Positions 20,577-34,499 of a stretch of DNA of 64,000 nt are shown here, in pieces. Numbering within the stretch: position 1 is the first letter of the stretch; every line of letters begins with the position of its first letter. Origin of the DNA: Oculina patagonica. Its lineage: Eukaryota. Both the position numbers and the translations under genes were made by a program. The notes under the pieces were generated by a model. That model made no database searches. It had not been told where the DNA came from and saw only the letters and a program-made list of their open reading frames with translations. The stretch spans positions 23,312,001 to 23,376,000 of the forward strand of contig NC_135765.1 in assembly GCF_052425735.1 (NCBI RefSeq), in the 5' to 3' direction.

Positions 20577-23500
20577 GAAGGAATTTCTACTCAGACCGCG
20601 CCAAAATGAGAATTAGTGGCACAAAAATTAAAAATCACAATTCTTCCTATTTCGCCCAAAGAAAGCCTATGGTAGGCCTAGAATCGTGGTGGGATTTTTT
20701 TCTTCAAATATTCTTTAAGCCGGTCAAAAAATTACAAAACCGTTTGACCCCACGAGTCTTCAAAAACACACAATGTAAACATGACTCATACCGTCTCGTA
20801 AACTTCGCTCTGGATCATTCGCATTAAATAAAACCCCGTTTTTGAGCCTAGAAATGTACTTTTGAAGCGTTTATAAGTCATTTGAGTCCAAGTTTTCTTC
20901 TTTAAGTTAATTTTCAAGGTCACGGCGAGCCGCTGAAAATTACTAAAATTCGGTTGCTCGAAATTCTTAATTTGGCGCTCTTTTTCGAGAGACAATTTCC
21001 CTACCCGGTAAAACTGCAAATTACTTGAAACTCAGATATTTTAAAAGGGGAAATGCTGTTCTAAAACCTCATGTAAAAATTTGTTTAGGGCTTTTTATAA
21101 GCGCTGCGTCCGAAAGCTCTCAAAATACGGATAAACACAACATTACCTGTCACTTCACTGTAATTAACAGCAACATGCTTTCGACCAGCAAATCAAAAAC
21201 GTCTTGAATCCAATGTTCCGGCTTGTATTTTTCGGATTTTTGGATGTAAAACACCGCAAAATGTTCCTGTTTGACTCATCTTCAATGCGATATTATCCAA
21301 AGTATCGAGTGAAAGGCATATTTAGACTCCTGTGCGAAAGCGTGGAGACAGCGAAATTAACCAATACATATCCGTGTTGACATTCAACTTTGCAGCTTTG
21401 TACGATTCTCTCGGAATTCTCAGATCTGACGTCTCATCCACATCACCTGTTAAACGGCAGTCCATAATAAAACCTTCTTGTGTCAACGCTTTTCTTTCTG
21501 AACTAAAATACTCGATTGCTGTTCAACACGGTCCATTCAGAAACCGTTGACCTCCGATCTTAACTGAATTTGCATGTCACGCAACGGCTTTGTTATGGTC
21601 ACTCGTCAGGTTTTCGTTGCTTGATTTCCATAAATGGAAAAAATATATATATTAATTAATATTCTTCGGTATTCGTCTGTTCAACACCCCAGAAGAATTT
21701 TGTTTAACGTACCTGAATAACATATTACATACATATATCACAATCTCAGTGTATTTTCGAGTATTATGACTGTTATGTCACAGGATACGTCGATCCATCT
21801 TAATGTGTGGTCAAACAGAGAAAGTTTATTGATATAGCTCTCATTAAACAGATAAAACTTGCTAGTTTATTACATCACTTGATAATTAATTACACATTAC
21901 TATACAGGCACGTGAAGTTAAAAAGTTTACATTCTGCATAATTGTTATCCCTCGAACGTTGAAGCAAATTTCCACCCGAACCGTGATACGGGGGGGGGGG
22001 GGGGGGAGGGGGTGAGGAGAGGGGGTGTGCGGAAGAGAGAGTTCCGGGACTGGACTACCGAAAGTGTTGTTATATTTACCTCAGCCTGCTAAAATTGACA
22101 TAGTTTGGTTAGCTAATCAAGTTATTATGCTCAAAAGCTGGAAAAATAAATAAAAATGACGAAAATGAATATTTTGGCTATAATTATGACGTTTCCATGG
22201 CAAGGTCAAAAGTCCTTGACACACCGTGAGGTGACAGATATATCCGAAAATTTTTGCAATGGGTAAATGAACAGAAAGTTCCAGTATCATGAAGAAATTC
22301 CTCTTTTCAAATTTACGAAAAAAATCTCAAAGGGCGGCACACGTCCAGGAGATGTTAACCGAACATCAATTACTGAGTATTATGCTGCCTCTTTGCAACA
22401 AATAAAATTTTCAGGCCTGAATTGAGCAGTTTTTAAGCAAACCAAACGGAAGACACCACCTTTTTAATCGAAACTCGTTATTAAACGCGTACTAGTGCTA
22501 CTCGGCATCGATTAGCCCCTCTACGCCAGCCAATTCCCAAAGAAGAGCGATGAGCTGGACAAATAGTCCACGATGAAATGTCGCACGGAAGCGAGAATAT
22601 GGATGCACGTGCTAAAATAAGGTCAACTTCAGAGTACACATCCCTGATCTCAACACTGCGAGTGTGCCCCGAAATATCTCGTTCACATGACAATACCGTA
22701 ACAACGACTTCTCGTTCGAAAAATCGTTTGTCGGAGGCGCAAGCACCTCCAACTAGTTTCTGAAAGGAGCAAATGACCTCTATCAACAACTACTGCAGAT
22801 TTATCGATTACCAAACCGTGGGAAATGTTCAACTGAAGCCACTAAATGCAGGCTAATTAGATTACGGCTCTGTAAATATTGTCTGTTTCTAAGACGTTTT
22901 GTTACTTCACGAAATAGCCTTTGAGCATTTTTTTAAGGCCGACAAGCAACTTTGTTTTTTTATTTCGCTCGCTGATACTTAAAATGCTCTTAAACGTTTC
23001 TGCGTGTTAAAGTTTCAACAAGTTTGCCACTGTTGCAATTAGTACATTTTGAACGCTCGCTTACTGTATCCGAGCCTTTTAGTTTGAAGTTTTGTTGACC
23101 GGTTTTGTGTATTCCTTTAATTGGACAACAAAACGTAGTACCCGTTGATTAGAAATATTGAAAATACTCGATTTTTGTTTTATGTACTGTAAAAACGAAA
23201 ATTAACTGATTTACAGGGTTAAAATAAAGGGGGAAAAGGGCTTACATAAAAAACAACAACAACAGGAACGAATCATAACTCTGAGAAAAGTGTGTTGGTT
23301 CCGGTTTCACTTTTCTCATAGTCTCCTGTAACATCATTCACAGAGATGTATGCAGCTCGTTTTTGTGCGAAAAAAAAACTTCAAAAAAAGTCCAGGCTCA
23401 TCATATGGTTAGATAACATCAGTAACTTTTATTGCGCGCGTGGAAATAGATTTTATATCGGGTAAAAACGCCGGCTATGAAACATGAGACTCGACTTCAG

Positions 23501-25552
23501 AGAAAAACTTATGTACCTCAGTAAACAAACAATTCGCGGCAAAAATTGCAGCATATTGATGATCTCTTCAGAAAGAGAGATAATACACTTTAAGATTTCA
23601 GGGATCCTATCAAAGTAAACTGGACTTATGAACCTTAAGTTTTAATGTAAAAATAAAAAAAATTATATTATCTTTGGCATCAAGAGAGGATATAGATAAT
23701 CCTCTCTTGTTGGCATCTGTGCTATTTGTTTTATGAAGACAAACAAAGCAAAAATTGGCCTTCCGCTTGTCTGTGAGAAAAGTCGCGTATTTAATATTGC
23801 CAGTGTTTTGAATTCTTATCACCCACAATCTTGTACGTTTTACTTCCTTTAAACCAGTATTTAGCATGCAGCTTATATCAAGAAAGTTTAAAGTTTTAAA
23901 TTCACATATTTTCGGGCGGGAGCAATGTATTTATAATGACGCACGCGATCGTCTAATGCAGTCTTCACGTTCACGGCCGGGAAAGATTTACAACTTCCTT
24001 CCTTCGTACTTTCTCGCATAGAAATCTCCTATCAGGGACCGCGCAGGAAGAATTTGAGTGGGGGGGGGGGGGGGCTGAAAGTCGAACCCTGAAGTGAGTA
24101 AACTTAGGGGGGGGGGGGGGTCCGTGGAGGTATGGGGGCATGCTCCCCGAGGAGAAAATTTGGATTTCAAATTCACTTTAATAGCGGAACTTGATGCATT
24201 TGAAATTTAAACGTTCGGCGCTTGAAAGGTTTTGGTAACAGTATTGCTTGAAATGACAAAAAAAAAAAACGTTGGGTAAAAACACGTTGCTCCACAAAAC
24301 GTTCGATAAAACTACTTACCGATCCACCCTGACTACTCATGAACCTTTCTCGGGTTCCCGGGTATGTTGAAGTACCGGCAAATGAGATGTTACCAGAAGG
24401 AATGAAAACAGAAAAGGCAATTTCACTTAAAATTATGTTTCAAAATCAATTACCTTTAGAATGGGCTTGAAAACAAACCGTATATTCGATTAATTTTTTT
24501 CATGACTATTGCGGAAGGGATTGCGTGACAAGCAACTTTGTCAACATGTAATCGGAGCACAACAGTTGTCTGGTTGATGTTTAACGGCCGACCATGAACG
24601 TTAACAACAACTGACAACGGGCCAGCATTTCGGTCGAGAAATCAAAGGGTTGACACAAGAAGGGTATATTTATTCGACGGCTGTTTAACAGGAGATGGGA
24701 ATGTGATGGCAGACCTGAGAGCAGTTTTAAAGTTGAATGTCAACACGGAGATGTGCTGAAATTGTCGACGGCACTCTTGGGAATATTCGATGAAGATGGC
24801 GATAGAATTCGAAATTCGCCTTATACTCGATATTTGGAAGATATAGTGTTCAAGATGATCTTAACAAGGGAGCTTCTGCTGAAGATTACATCTAAATAGC
24901 ATTAGAAACAAGAGGGAAGACTAAAAAGAAGACGTTTTGGACTGTCTGGTCGGAAGAATGTACAGGCTATTGTTTACATTTCAGTGACAGGTAATTTTGT
25001 AATTATAAGTATTTTGAGAGCGTTTACACTCAGCCCTTATAGAGAGCCCGAAATAAATTTTTACACCAGGTTTTAGAACGGCATTTCCCCTTTCAAAATA
25101 TCTGAGTTTCAAGTAATTTGGAGTTTTACCGGGCAGGGAAATTGTCTCTCGAAAAAGAGCGCCAAATTAAGAATTTCGAACAACCGAATTTTAGTGATTT
25201 TCAGCGGCTCGTCGTGACCTTGAAAATTAAATTAGAAAAGAAAGTTTGGACTCAAATGACTTATAAACACTTCAATAGTACATTTCTAGGCTCAAAAACG
25301 GGGTTTCGTTTAATGCGAATGACCCAGTGCGAAGTTTACGACACGGTATGAGTCATGTTTATTCTATGTGTTTTAGAAGACACGGGGGGGTCATAACCGT
25401 TTTGTAAGTTTTTGACCGGATCAAGAAATATTTGAAGAACAAAATCGCACCACGTTTCTAGGCCTACCATAGGCTTTCTTTGGGCAACATATCAAGAATT
25501 TTGATTTTACATTTTGTACCACTGCCCGCTCGGTCTGAGTAGAAATTTCTTC
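20577..25552. mobile_element. ~5-kb DNA transposon with ~1-kb TIRs and TTAA TSD (Sola3-like), internally decayed
   Basis: TTAA-gaaggaatttctactcagaccg ... cggtctgagtagaaatttcttc-TTAA; 20577-~21590 is the reverse complement of ~24520-25552, visible also as mirror ORFs 20786-21019(-) and 25118-25351(+). Confidence 0.85.
22481..22770 (-). pseudogene. Probable N-terminal remnant of the element's transposase (Cys/His-rich)
   Basis: SEVDLILARASIF...TICPAHRSSLGIGWRRGANRCRV lies inside the long-TIR element; no DDE core seen. Confidence 0.55.
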
Positions 25553-27829
25553 TTAAAAGCACGATTAAAGGGAATAATTGGTTATCTTTTTCTCTAGTCG
25601 TCGAGTCTACAAGAGATAATGGCGCATGTTGTTATCGGTAATAATACACCAAATAGGTCTTACCCATATTTACTGACTCAAAAGTAGATAAGTGTGTTAT
25701 TGCATGTAGATTAATCCTCTCGACTCATACGGGAATGTCAATAAGATGCGGTTTTCTTTTTCAGTTTCTTTCAAACGCCGCGAACAAGCTGTAAGCACAT
25801 TTTACTTTCAATTCGTGTAATTAATACCGACTCCTTTTAAATTATCTTCTTAAAAATTATTTTCACTAAAAACTCGAAAAAGTAATTTAATTCAGTTGTT
25901 TTAACAAGTAGAAAAACCACTATTTAAAAAAGTGGAAACTTAAAATAGCCACGCAAAAACAAATGAACGTATTCGTGTTTTTTCTTTAATGGAAACAAAG
26001 TTTTTTTCCAACTGAGCGCAAAACAAAGCAAGTTTTTTTTTTTAACTTTACAAGGTGCGCGCTCATTCATTATTTTATTCAATATGTTCCTTGAGCTTGT
26101 TTTGTTTTGAACAAAACAAGAACATTTTCCCCGCCCACTGCGATTTCAGGTTAATAACGGAAGTTAAAGATGTTTAGCAGACTTGTTTAAGTTTGTTTGA
26201 ATTCACTTATTTCAATGGGTTAACAACTGTGTAGGGGTTGAGATGAATGACAGCGATGTCGAATCAACAAGATCCAAAACTACATTGTACTTTCTGTTAG
26301 AAGGCAAGTTGTGTTTGATAATGGCTCAGTCGTAAAAACGTCGGTCTATTAAAAGGAGCATTAAAATCGATTTTGATAATGGCCATATTTTTGACATTTT
26401 ATCCATCAAAGTGAAGAAAATAATTGCTGTGTCCTTAATGAAAAAAAAAATCAATTTAAAATGGACTTCGAAGTCAATTTTCCAAAGATGCAGAAAATTT
26501 ATTTTCGCTATCTTAACACTACTTTACAAAAGACTCACAATGTTTGGTTTATGGGGGGGGGGGGGGGGGGGTGTAAGATTTGGTGGCTAGCTACAACTTC
26601 TTAATTCTCCAAAACATAACTGATAAAAGCACCCTAGGCAGGTGTAAAATATGTTTTTATATTTTACCTAAAAAAATGATTACGAAATTTCAAAAATTGT
26701 CACCAACCCTTAAAAAATGCTGTCTGCGAACGCAAATAGATTTTGAAAATCTGTTTGCGTTCGCAGGCTATAAAAAATACTTAATATGTCCTAGCCTATT
26801 CGCTGGGTTCTCCGCGGTCAAACGTCTCAGGCAGTTTTTCTTTCTATTTTCGCGGAATTTCGTTTATATTGAAGAGAAAGTATGAGCAAGGATAGGTGAC
26901 TGACAGTTGCTGGGTGTAAATATATTTCCATTCCCTCACATAAGCGAACGCAACCGAACCGAATGCATTGACAAATGGCGCCGACAAGTCCGTATTTACC
27001 TGTTTTCAAAGACGTAGAACTTTTTTAGTAAATCTCCAAAAAATTTAGTAAACCATCAAAATACCGGTAAAGTATCCATCTTTGAACAGGTAAAAATTAG
27101 AACCTTATCTTTGAAGTTTTTTTCTTATTTTTATTTTTTATTTTTTATTTTTACATATTTCTATCGTTTGACGGCAGTTAAGTCCCTGGGCGTTTTCCTC
27201 CTTTCTCGAGCGAGCGCGAGGTGTACGTAAGGGCCTGGGAACGGGTTGGCAGGAATTGAGGCGGGCATGTCATTCGGTGACGTCATAATATTCGCGCCAA
27301 ATCTATCGCAGCTAAGTAGAAAGGGAACGCCTGGGAACTAGGATGAATTCGCCCACGATGTCTTCCGTGGGATATCGATATACATTTCCAGTAGAAACTG
27401 AGTAACACACAATGAGTTTCTATCACATCAGATGAAGAATTACCGTTAAAGGGACTGTGTCACGGCTAAGTTAACTTAATGTTACAAAATTTTGTCAAAT
27501 ATTCGCTATGAAACTATATGATTGCAAAGAAATTAATTCTCTGATCAAACGATCGATGCGATAGAAACGATCGGGGCGATCATATGCGAATCAGGCTTAA
27601 GGATGCACGAAGGAAAATAGGGGAATGACCTTTAATCGGAATTGTGAAGTTTTGATTTCTCTGTTGGTTTTTCAAGATTTCTACTTGGTTATTTATTGTT
27701 ATGTCGTTTAAAAACGATATTTTATTCATTTTTTCAGTTATAGTTTTTTCAGTTTTTTCAATTATCCTTTGTTTTAATCACTATTATGTTTTTAATTGAA
27801 TATATTTGTATTTTACTTACATTTTCCAA

Positions 27830-27880
27830 TCACGTGATCAGACGGGTGAAGTAAACAACTTATACAATTAGATCACGTGA
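27830..27880. promoter_or_regulatory. Paired TCACGTGA E-boxes flanking a GTAAACAA forkhead-type motif, upstream of the repeat-protein gene
   Basis: Motifs at 27830, 27851 and 27873; all three conserved in copy B at 39115, 39135 and 39169. Confidence 0.4.
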
Positions 27881-28291
27881 TAGCTAACCAAAACAGTAGC
27901 TTGTGTAACAGACTAAACCTACTCTCGAAACAAGTAATAAAGTAATCTTCAAGTCATGATATGACAGGTTAAACGACTCAAATAAAAAGCCGAACGCCAA
28001 AAATAACTACAGAATGAAACATATACCAATTCTCCAAACCAAATGTGTTTGTTTTAAAAGGTGAAACTTGCTAGTCTTTTGCTTCATTTCGCAAGATTTA
28101 ACTGCCCTTAATTAATTTGTTTACTTCGAGCGCTAGTTGCCTTGTAATTGGTCTCTTGATTGTGACGTGTTAATTGCACGCGCTCATTACCAATTGTTCA
28201 TTTTCAGTCAAGTGTTCGCCGAGTGCAGACGTGTTTTTTGCTGCTCTCGACAGTCGTCAATTCGCGATACGAAAGTTAAAATTTCAACAAG

Positions 28292-28348
28292 ATGAACGAA
28301 TCAAAGAAAGAAACAGAAAACCATTACAAGAAAACATCAGAGAAAGAG
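28292..28348 (+). CDS. Repeat-protein gene copy A, first coding exon (MNESKKETENHYKKTSEKE)
   Basis: caagATG context and GAG|gtaaga donor; ATG, 57-nt length and donor are conserved in copy B (39586-39642). Confidence 0.65.
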
Positions 28349-30195
28349 GTAAGAAAAAACTTTTTGTTCGTTTAAATTTACGATGAGTTTTTTTTGCTAC
28401 AATTTGTTTCGGTAGTGGTGCGCGCGCATCAAAAGTTGTACTGGAATTACCGGCCTCGGAAAATCTTGCGATCGACTTTGGGACGAACTCCAGCCGAAAA
28501 AGTACGGATTATGACATTTCAACAATTTAAAATGAAAGAGAAAAAAATTTGAGGTTTTTGTTTGTTTGAAGTTTGAATGTATCGCCAGCAAACATTAGGA
28601 AAAAGGTCAACCGAATGACGTAACAATGATAATCAAATGGAAGTAATTATCGTATTATGTTATTTACCAATTAAGCTTAACTTATTAAAAGTTAAAGATA
28701 ATTCAATGTAACAAGCAACACGCACACGCAAGCTTGAACGAACAGAACACGCACACCAACGCCCAAGCTTACTACGACTACGCAACGCAAAACATGCACA
28801 CACGATTATGAAAACGCGCGTGCAAAACACAAGTAAAGCAGCAAGAACACGCAAGCTAAGAATCCCCAGAGAATGCACGCACGCGCAAACGTTTATGCAA
28901 ACGCACGTGTAAACACAAGCAAAGCAGCAAGAACGCATATGCCAACAATGTCCTCTCAACGCACGCACACACGCTCACTCTTACGTATCCACCCTTGTAC
29001 GCACGAGCGGTCACACACAATAATTGATACTGTAGTACTGACCTCAGTTTCGGATTAAAACTAAAAGTTCTGAATTGCAAATTAAACGATAAATTGGTCA
29101 TTCAATTCGCTGTCTAAACCTCGAAATTGAAAGGATGAAGTAATCGGTAAGAGAAAGTTTATATAAAAGCCTGTTTTCCCCCATTTTCCAGCTTACATGA
29201 AAAATGTGTTTTCACTTCGGTCCCCCTGTTACGATCTACGTGACAATAAAATTTTGTCCCTTTGTAAGCCTAGAACAACGAGCCTTGGCCTTAGTTCTTT
29301 TTCATATTTCTCAGCGGAGAAATGAAAGATTTAGTTTAGACACGTTTTGCTTATATATAGATTTTTTTCGCTATTTATTTCGGATTCCAGTTTCGTCAAT
29401 GTGTGTAATGTATTTCTGTAACGTTTTTTAGTGCATTTTATTTTATTTCTCAAAGTTATTAGCTACTAATATTGATAATATTATAAGCTACTCTAATATT
29501 CGAGAGAAAATAAAGTCTATGTCTCTATAGTTTGCTAAAATTTGCGCTGAGTTACTTTTGTTACGAATGGTTTTACGCGCGTTTTTCTAAACGTTTTACA
29601 GAAATATATCACCCCGGAAAAACTCGAGATCGACTTAAATTGCGACGAACTTTAGCCGTTCAAATCCAGAAAATTGAGCAAATTCTAACATTTCAATAAA
29701 ACAGAAAAAGGTTTGGAATTTATTTTTATGGCACGATTTTTATATTTGACAAGGCGTTTTTAGGTAAAGGTAAAGATAAACTTTATTTATGAGGGTGGTG
29801 TATTACATTTTGGTTTTTTTATTTTGGCAGGGTGGCCCATTCAGCACAGTGGCTGGTATCCAGAGGGTCCCTGCTAAAATACAATTTTTTAAAAATCTCG
29901 TGCCACTTAGCCAATCAAAGGTAACTTAATCTATTACGACTAGCCAACACACGTTTTACTGCGCTTAGCGTCTTTTAAATGGATATACTCTTCTACATCA
30001 GGAGTCCACAAATCAAAACCCCGTCGCGCGGCACATTCATTGAGCCGCAACTCAAACATGTGTGCGAGCAATTCAAGCTTGGTTTGGATTTTACTTCTGA
30101 TTGCTTGAAAACGTGCCACAAGTTTTTTATTATTATGATGAAGATGCTAAGATTTTATGTTATTGTAATACATAAACGCTTGTGTTCCATTGCAG

Positions 30196-30292
30196 CATTG
30201 TTCCATTGCAACAATAGAACAAGCTTTAATGAGTAACAACATTATGGAGGCTGAGGAAGCTTTTGCAGTGAGGCGCTGGCAAGGCTTAAGAG
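30196..30292 (+). CDS. Repeat-protein gene copy A, candidate exon 2 (HCSIATIEQALMSNNIMEAEEAFAVRRWQGLR)
   Basis: Acceptor ttccattgcag and donor AG|gtatgt; open in phase 0. Deleted in copy B, so not cross-checked. Confidence 0.45.
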
Positions 30293-31139
30293 GTATGTCC
30301 TAAGTTAGTGGCGAGTGTTAATCTATGGCTTTTTAGATCTGTAAGTTCAATTACATATTTGGCAGCAAAGATGAATGAAAATACAAAAGAATCCTCTCTT
30401 CTTAAAAACCTTCGAAGGCTAAAAAGTTTGATTACGAAAGCAGAACCTGGAGAATACGGTCGTCAGGGAGATCACTTGCTGGGAGGCTCAAGGGTTCAAG
30501 AAAAATGGATATTATAGAAGTTTAGTTTATTATAGAAGTTTGCTCCTTTGCATTGTAATTCCTAAGTGAACTAAAAAATCGCACTTTTTAGACATTTTTG
30601 AAACTGTTTGGCCGGTTACTAGCTAAATAAGCCCTATTCTGTGCAGAACGCCACTTGAAGCATAAAGGCGTGCCTATCTTTTCACAAGTATCACGCTTTT
30701 TGACAGTTTTGCCTGGGCAAACGCAAAATTACAAATGTGGGGATGGTTTTAGGGTGAGAAACATTCTCGTCCCCAGAATCCACGATCCTTCTGGTCTGCG
30801 CCACCAAGGATCAAGACCGCTGGCTGGCTACAACACTGGGAGTCCGCGATTCAAAAGGCCATTCTTAAATCTGACAAATTGATCTGATTGGCTGAAATTA
30901 CAGAACAATTATCTGCGCATGCACACAAATAGGGGAAGCGAATGGGTCAGAAAGTCAATTAGTCATGGAAATTGCTCGCACTGTGTTGGCCATATAATGG
31001 CGTCCACATGGAATGGGTGCACAACTGGGCTTTAGTGAATAACACAAAACTTAGAAGTGGCCCCACATACATCTGTATAATGCAATAAGGCGGATAAGTG
31101 AGTGTTAACATCAGCATGCCTAGTGAAAGGGTTTCCTCT

Positions 31140-31622
31140 CCTTATCAATGTTACCTGCTTTTTCCGTAACCAGAGGAAACAACTAACATAGGACAGTACG
31201 AGTAAAATCACTGAACGCTCCAATGATATTGCTCAATCATGTTATGACAGAGACAATCTTATCGCTACATAACTTCACGTTTATGGAACAACCTACCTGA
31301 CAATATAAGACGAGCGTCCACTCTTAGAATTTTTAAAAATTTACTGAACAATGCAAACTTGCCCACTGAGGCCAACTGTTGCTGTAATCTTTGTATCGAT
31401 TAGTTTACATTTTAAATTTTATTGTCTGCGTAGTTTTTAAATTTTATAGTTTAGTTTTTCAATTTTAAATTTTATAGTCTAATTTTTGTATTTTATTGAA
31501 TAGATAATCATATTTAAATTTTTTTACATTGTAATTTTTAGAATACACGTTCACTTTTAAACGAGCCCCAGGCTCATTGGTGATTATGTGTTTAAATAAA
31601 GTACTTACTTACTACTTACTTA
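31140..31622 (+). mobile_element. 5'-truncated LINE 3' end with (TACT)n tail, inserted into coding repeat sequence
   Basis: 9-bp TSD GTTTCCTCT at 31131-31139 and 31623-31631; aataaa then tacttacttac tail. Removing it restores VNISMPSERVSS-AGNISMPVEEVSPLD. Confidence 0.85.
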
Positions 31623-31635
31623 GTTTCCTCTGCAG

Positions 31636-33816
31636 GTAACATCAGCATGCCCGTTGAAGAGGTTTCCCCGCTGGATGCACAGCAAAGGTGTAGCAGCTGT
31701 AGTAGCCTTTCACACGAGCGAGAACGACATCAGTAAAGTCAGCTGTGATGATGGTGAAAGGAGTAACCATTCATTGGCAGTGACAGGGACGTCTACAGTT
31801 AACATCAGCATGCCCATTGAAAAGGTGTCCTCACTGGATGTACAACAATCATCTGAAATTGTAGCCACTGAAAACGCCCCTAGCAACCTTACCAATAAAA
31901 TAAGTGAAGTCTCTTATGACTTTGGTAAAGGCAATGACATTTCCTTGTTAGTTACTGGGTCCTCTGCAATTAACATCAGTATGCCTATTGAAAAGGTATC
32001 CCCGCTGGATGTACGCAAGGCATCTGAAGATGAAACCTTAAGAGAAAGGAAACGGAAGAGAAGCTGTCAAAACTGCGTGGACGAATCTGTGCAGCTGCAA
32101 AATAGTTACTCCGTCAATGAAGAGCAGTCCGAAGATTTCACTGAGCCATTAATAAAATGCAGACGGCTTTTAAGCATTGAAGATTCTTCTATTCCTACAA
32201 ATTCCAATGCTGAAATGGGTTTAAAGCATCCTGAGGGAAATGCTTTTGAGGATCATATTTCTTCCAAACATTCACTTGCATTAAAAGAGTCCTGTGAGGC
32301 TAACATTAACATGCCCACTGAAACAGGTCCCTCACTTGATGGTGAAATGAGTGACCATTCATTGACAATGACAGGGAGCCCTGTTGCTAACATCAGCGTG
32401 CCTATTGCAAAGGTTTCCTCGCAAGATGTACACGAGTCATCTCAAGCTGTTGCTACCGAAGATGCTGGTAACATGAGCAAAAATGAAATCAATGAATGTA
32501 GTTGTGCAATTTGTAAAATGAGTGACACTTGGTTGGCAGTGACACGGTCGTTTTCAAATTACATCAGCATGCCCGTTGATAAGGTTTCTTCACTGGATGT
32601 AGACGAGTCTGTTGCTACCAAAGACATCTGCAACACCAGTGAAAATGAAATTAGTGATGTTACCTTTGATAATGACGGAATGAGTGACCATTTATTGGCA
32701 ATGACAGGATCCCCTGCTGCTAACATCAGCATGCCCATTGAAAAGGTTTCTACGCTAAATGCACACAAGTCATCTGAAGCTGTAGGTGCTGAAGACACAG
32801 TTTACATCTGTGAGAACGAAATCAGCGAGGCCACCTTTGATAATTGTGAAATGAGTGACCATTCGTTGGCAGTGACAGGATCCTCTGCTACCAACATGAG
32901 CATGCCCATTGAAAACGCTTCCAAACTCGTTGTACACGAGTTATCTGAAGCTGTAGAGCTAGAGGCCAGCGGCTTTGGTGAAAATGAAATGAATGAATGC
33001 AGCTGTGCAATTTGTAAAATGAGTGACCATTGCTTGGCAGTGTCACGGTCGTTTGCACGTTACATCAGCATGCCCATTGAAAAGGTTTCTCCGCAGGATG
33101 TACATGAGTCATCTAAAGCTGTGGCTGCCAAACAAGCAGGGAACATGGGTGAGAATGAATTCAGTGAATACAGTGAGGTTTCTTCACTGGAAGTACACGA
33201 GTCAGCCGAGGCGAGAAATGCAAGGCAAAGAAAGCGAAAGAGAAACTCGGAAAAGAACGTAGATGAGTCTGTCAGGCAGTCTGCAGATTTCATTGAGCCA
33301 TTAAGTAAATACAGACGGCAGTCTAACATTGAAGAGGCTGCTGCTCCCGCAGTTTCCAAGGATAACCTGTATGGCAATGAAGCAGTGGAGGAGAAAAGTC
33401 ATCAATCAGACTCCAATCGAGTTTCTGCTTCTTCTAAGCTGCCATATGATGTGCATGTTAATCGTGGGGAGGCTGCTGTTCCTACGGTTTCCAAGGATGA
33501 AATGTGTGGAAACGAAGCAGTGGAAGAAGACAAACATAAAGCTGACTCCAAGCACGTTTCTGCTTCTTCTAAGCTGCCATGTGATGTGCTTGTCAATTCT
33601 GAGAAGATGGAAAAAAATGCATTGGCGATGTGCGCTAAGATCAAAACTGAGGAACGCCCTGTGTCTGTTGGAGCCCAGGCCTCTGATGTAGACACACCGC
33701 ACACCATAGGATATGTCCGTTACTACCTGAGGACCGCGTATCAATTTCTGTTTGGTGGCATGCGCCAGAATCCAGTTGGTTCTGTTCCTCTGGAAAGCGT
33801 CATCCACCAACCTCAG
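31636..33816 (+). CDS. Large exon of an uncharacterised Ser/Glu-rich repeat protein (copy A); apparent frameshift near 31680
   Basis: 721 open codons (31654-33816) built from ~58-60-aa repeats (MSDHSLAVTGS..NISMPIEKVSSLDVHESSEAVATED..ENEI); basic clusters RERKRKR and RQRKRKR; donor CAG|gtaaga. Confidence 0.7.
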
Positions 33817-34499
33817 GTAAGAATTTTTTTATTGCTGCTGATATTTTTGGGACGTAGCTTGCCTTTTGATTATTTTTTTTTTTGTTGTAGGTTTATTAAA
33901 ATGCAATAAGACACTTGTCAAGGTTAAAAAACGTAGGTAACAAAACCAAGCTTAAAGATGGTTTTCACTCTCTCGCCACGAAAAAATTAACCCAAATCTA
34001 TAAAGTCAAAAAATTCAAGAATATTACAGGTTGTACAAAAATACTACTATATAAACTACTTGTCCAAGTCTCAGGTATGTATGTTATTCCTTTTTCGAGA
34101 TGTCCGTGAAAATGTTTAACGCAAATTTAGAGAGCACACTATAGAAACACCATGTTGGGGCTCAACTGCTTGCTTGGCTCCAACATGGCGGCCGGAAATC
34201 AATGAAAACATCTGGCATTAAATTCTGCTACAAAAAGCGGTCAGATCATCCTCATGAACAAAAAACATTCACATAAACACTTCTCACAAAACCGCAACTG
34301 TTCAGATTGTTAAAAATCGCAGAATGAGGCATATGTTTTAAGAAACCATGACAGCCTTCTGGCGGCTTTCATTGATCTCGTGACGTCAGGGGTTTTGCGA
34401 GTCTGGGTTTTGGACTTTTGATGATGTCACGTGAAAACCAAAATAATATACTGTAAGTTAGGGTTAAAAAAAAAACAAATTATTGTTTTTGTATTACAG

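Noticed and set aside
20786-25351. Two similar 77-aa ORFs as paralogous genes
   Set aside because: They are mirror translations of the two TIR arms.
33817-33909. Hydrophobic C-terminus of the 751-aa ORF as a transmembrane anchor
   Set aside because: Read-through into the intron past the conserved CAG|gta donor; not conserved in copy B.
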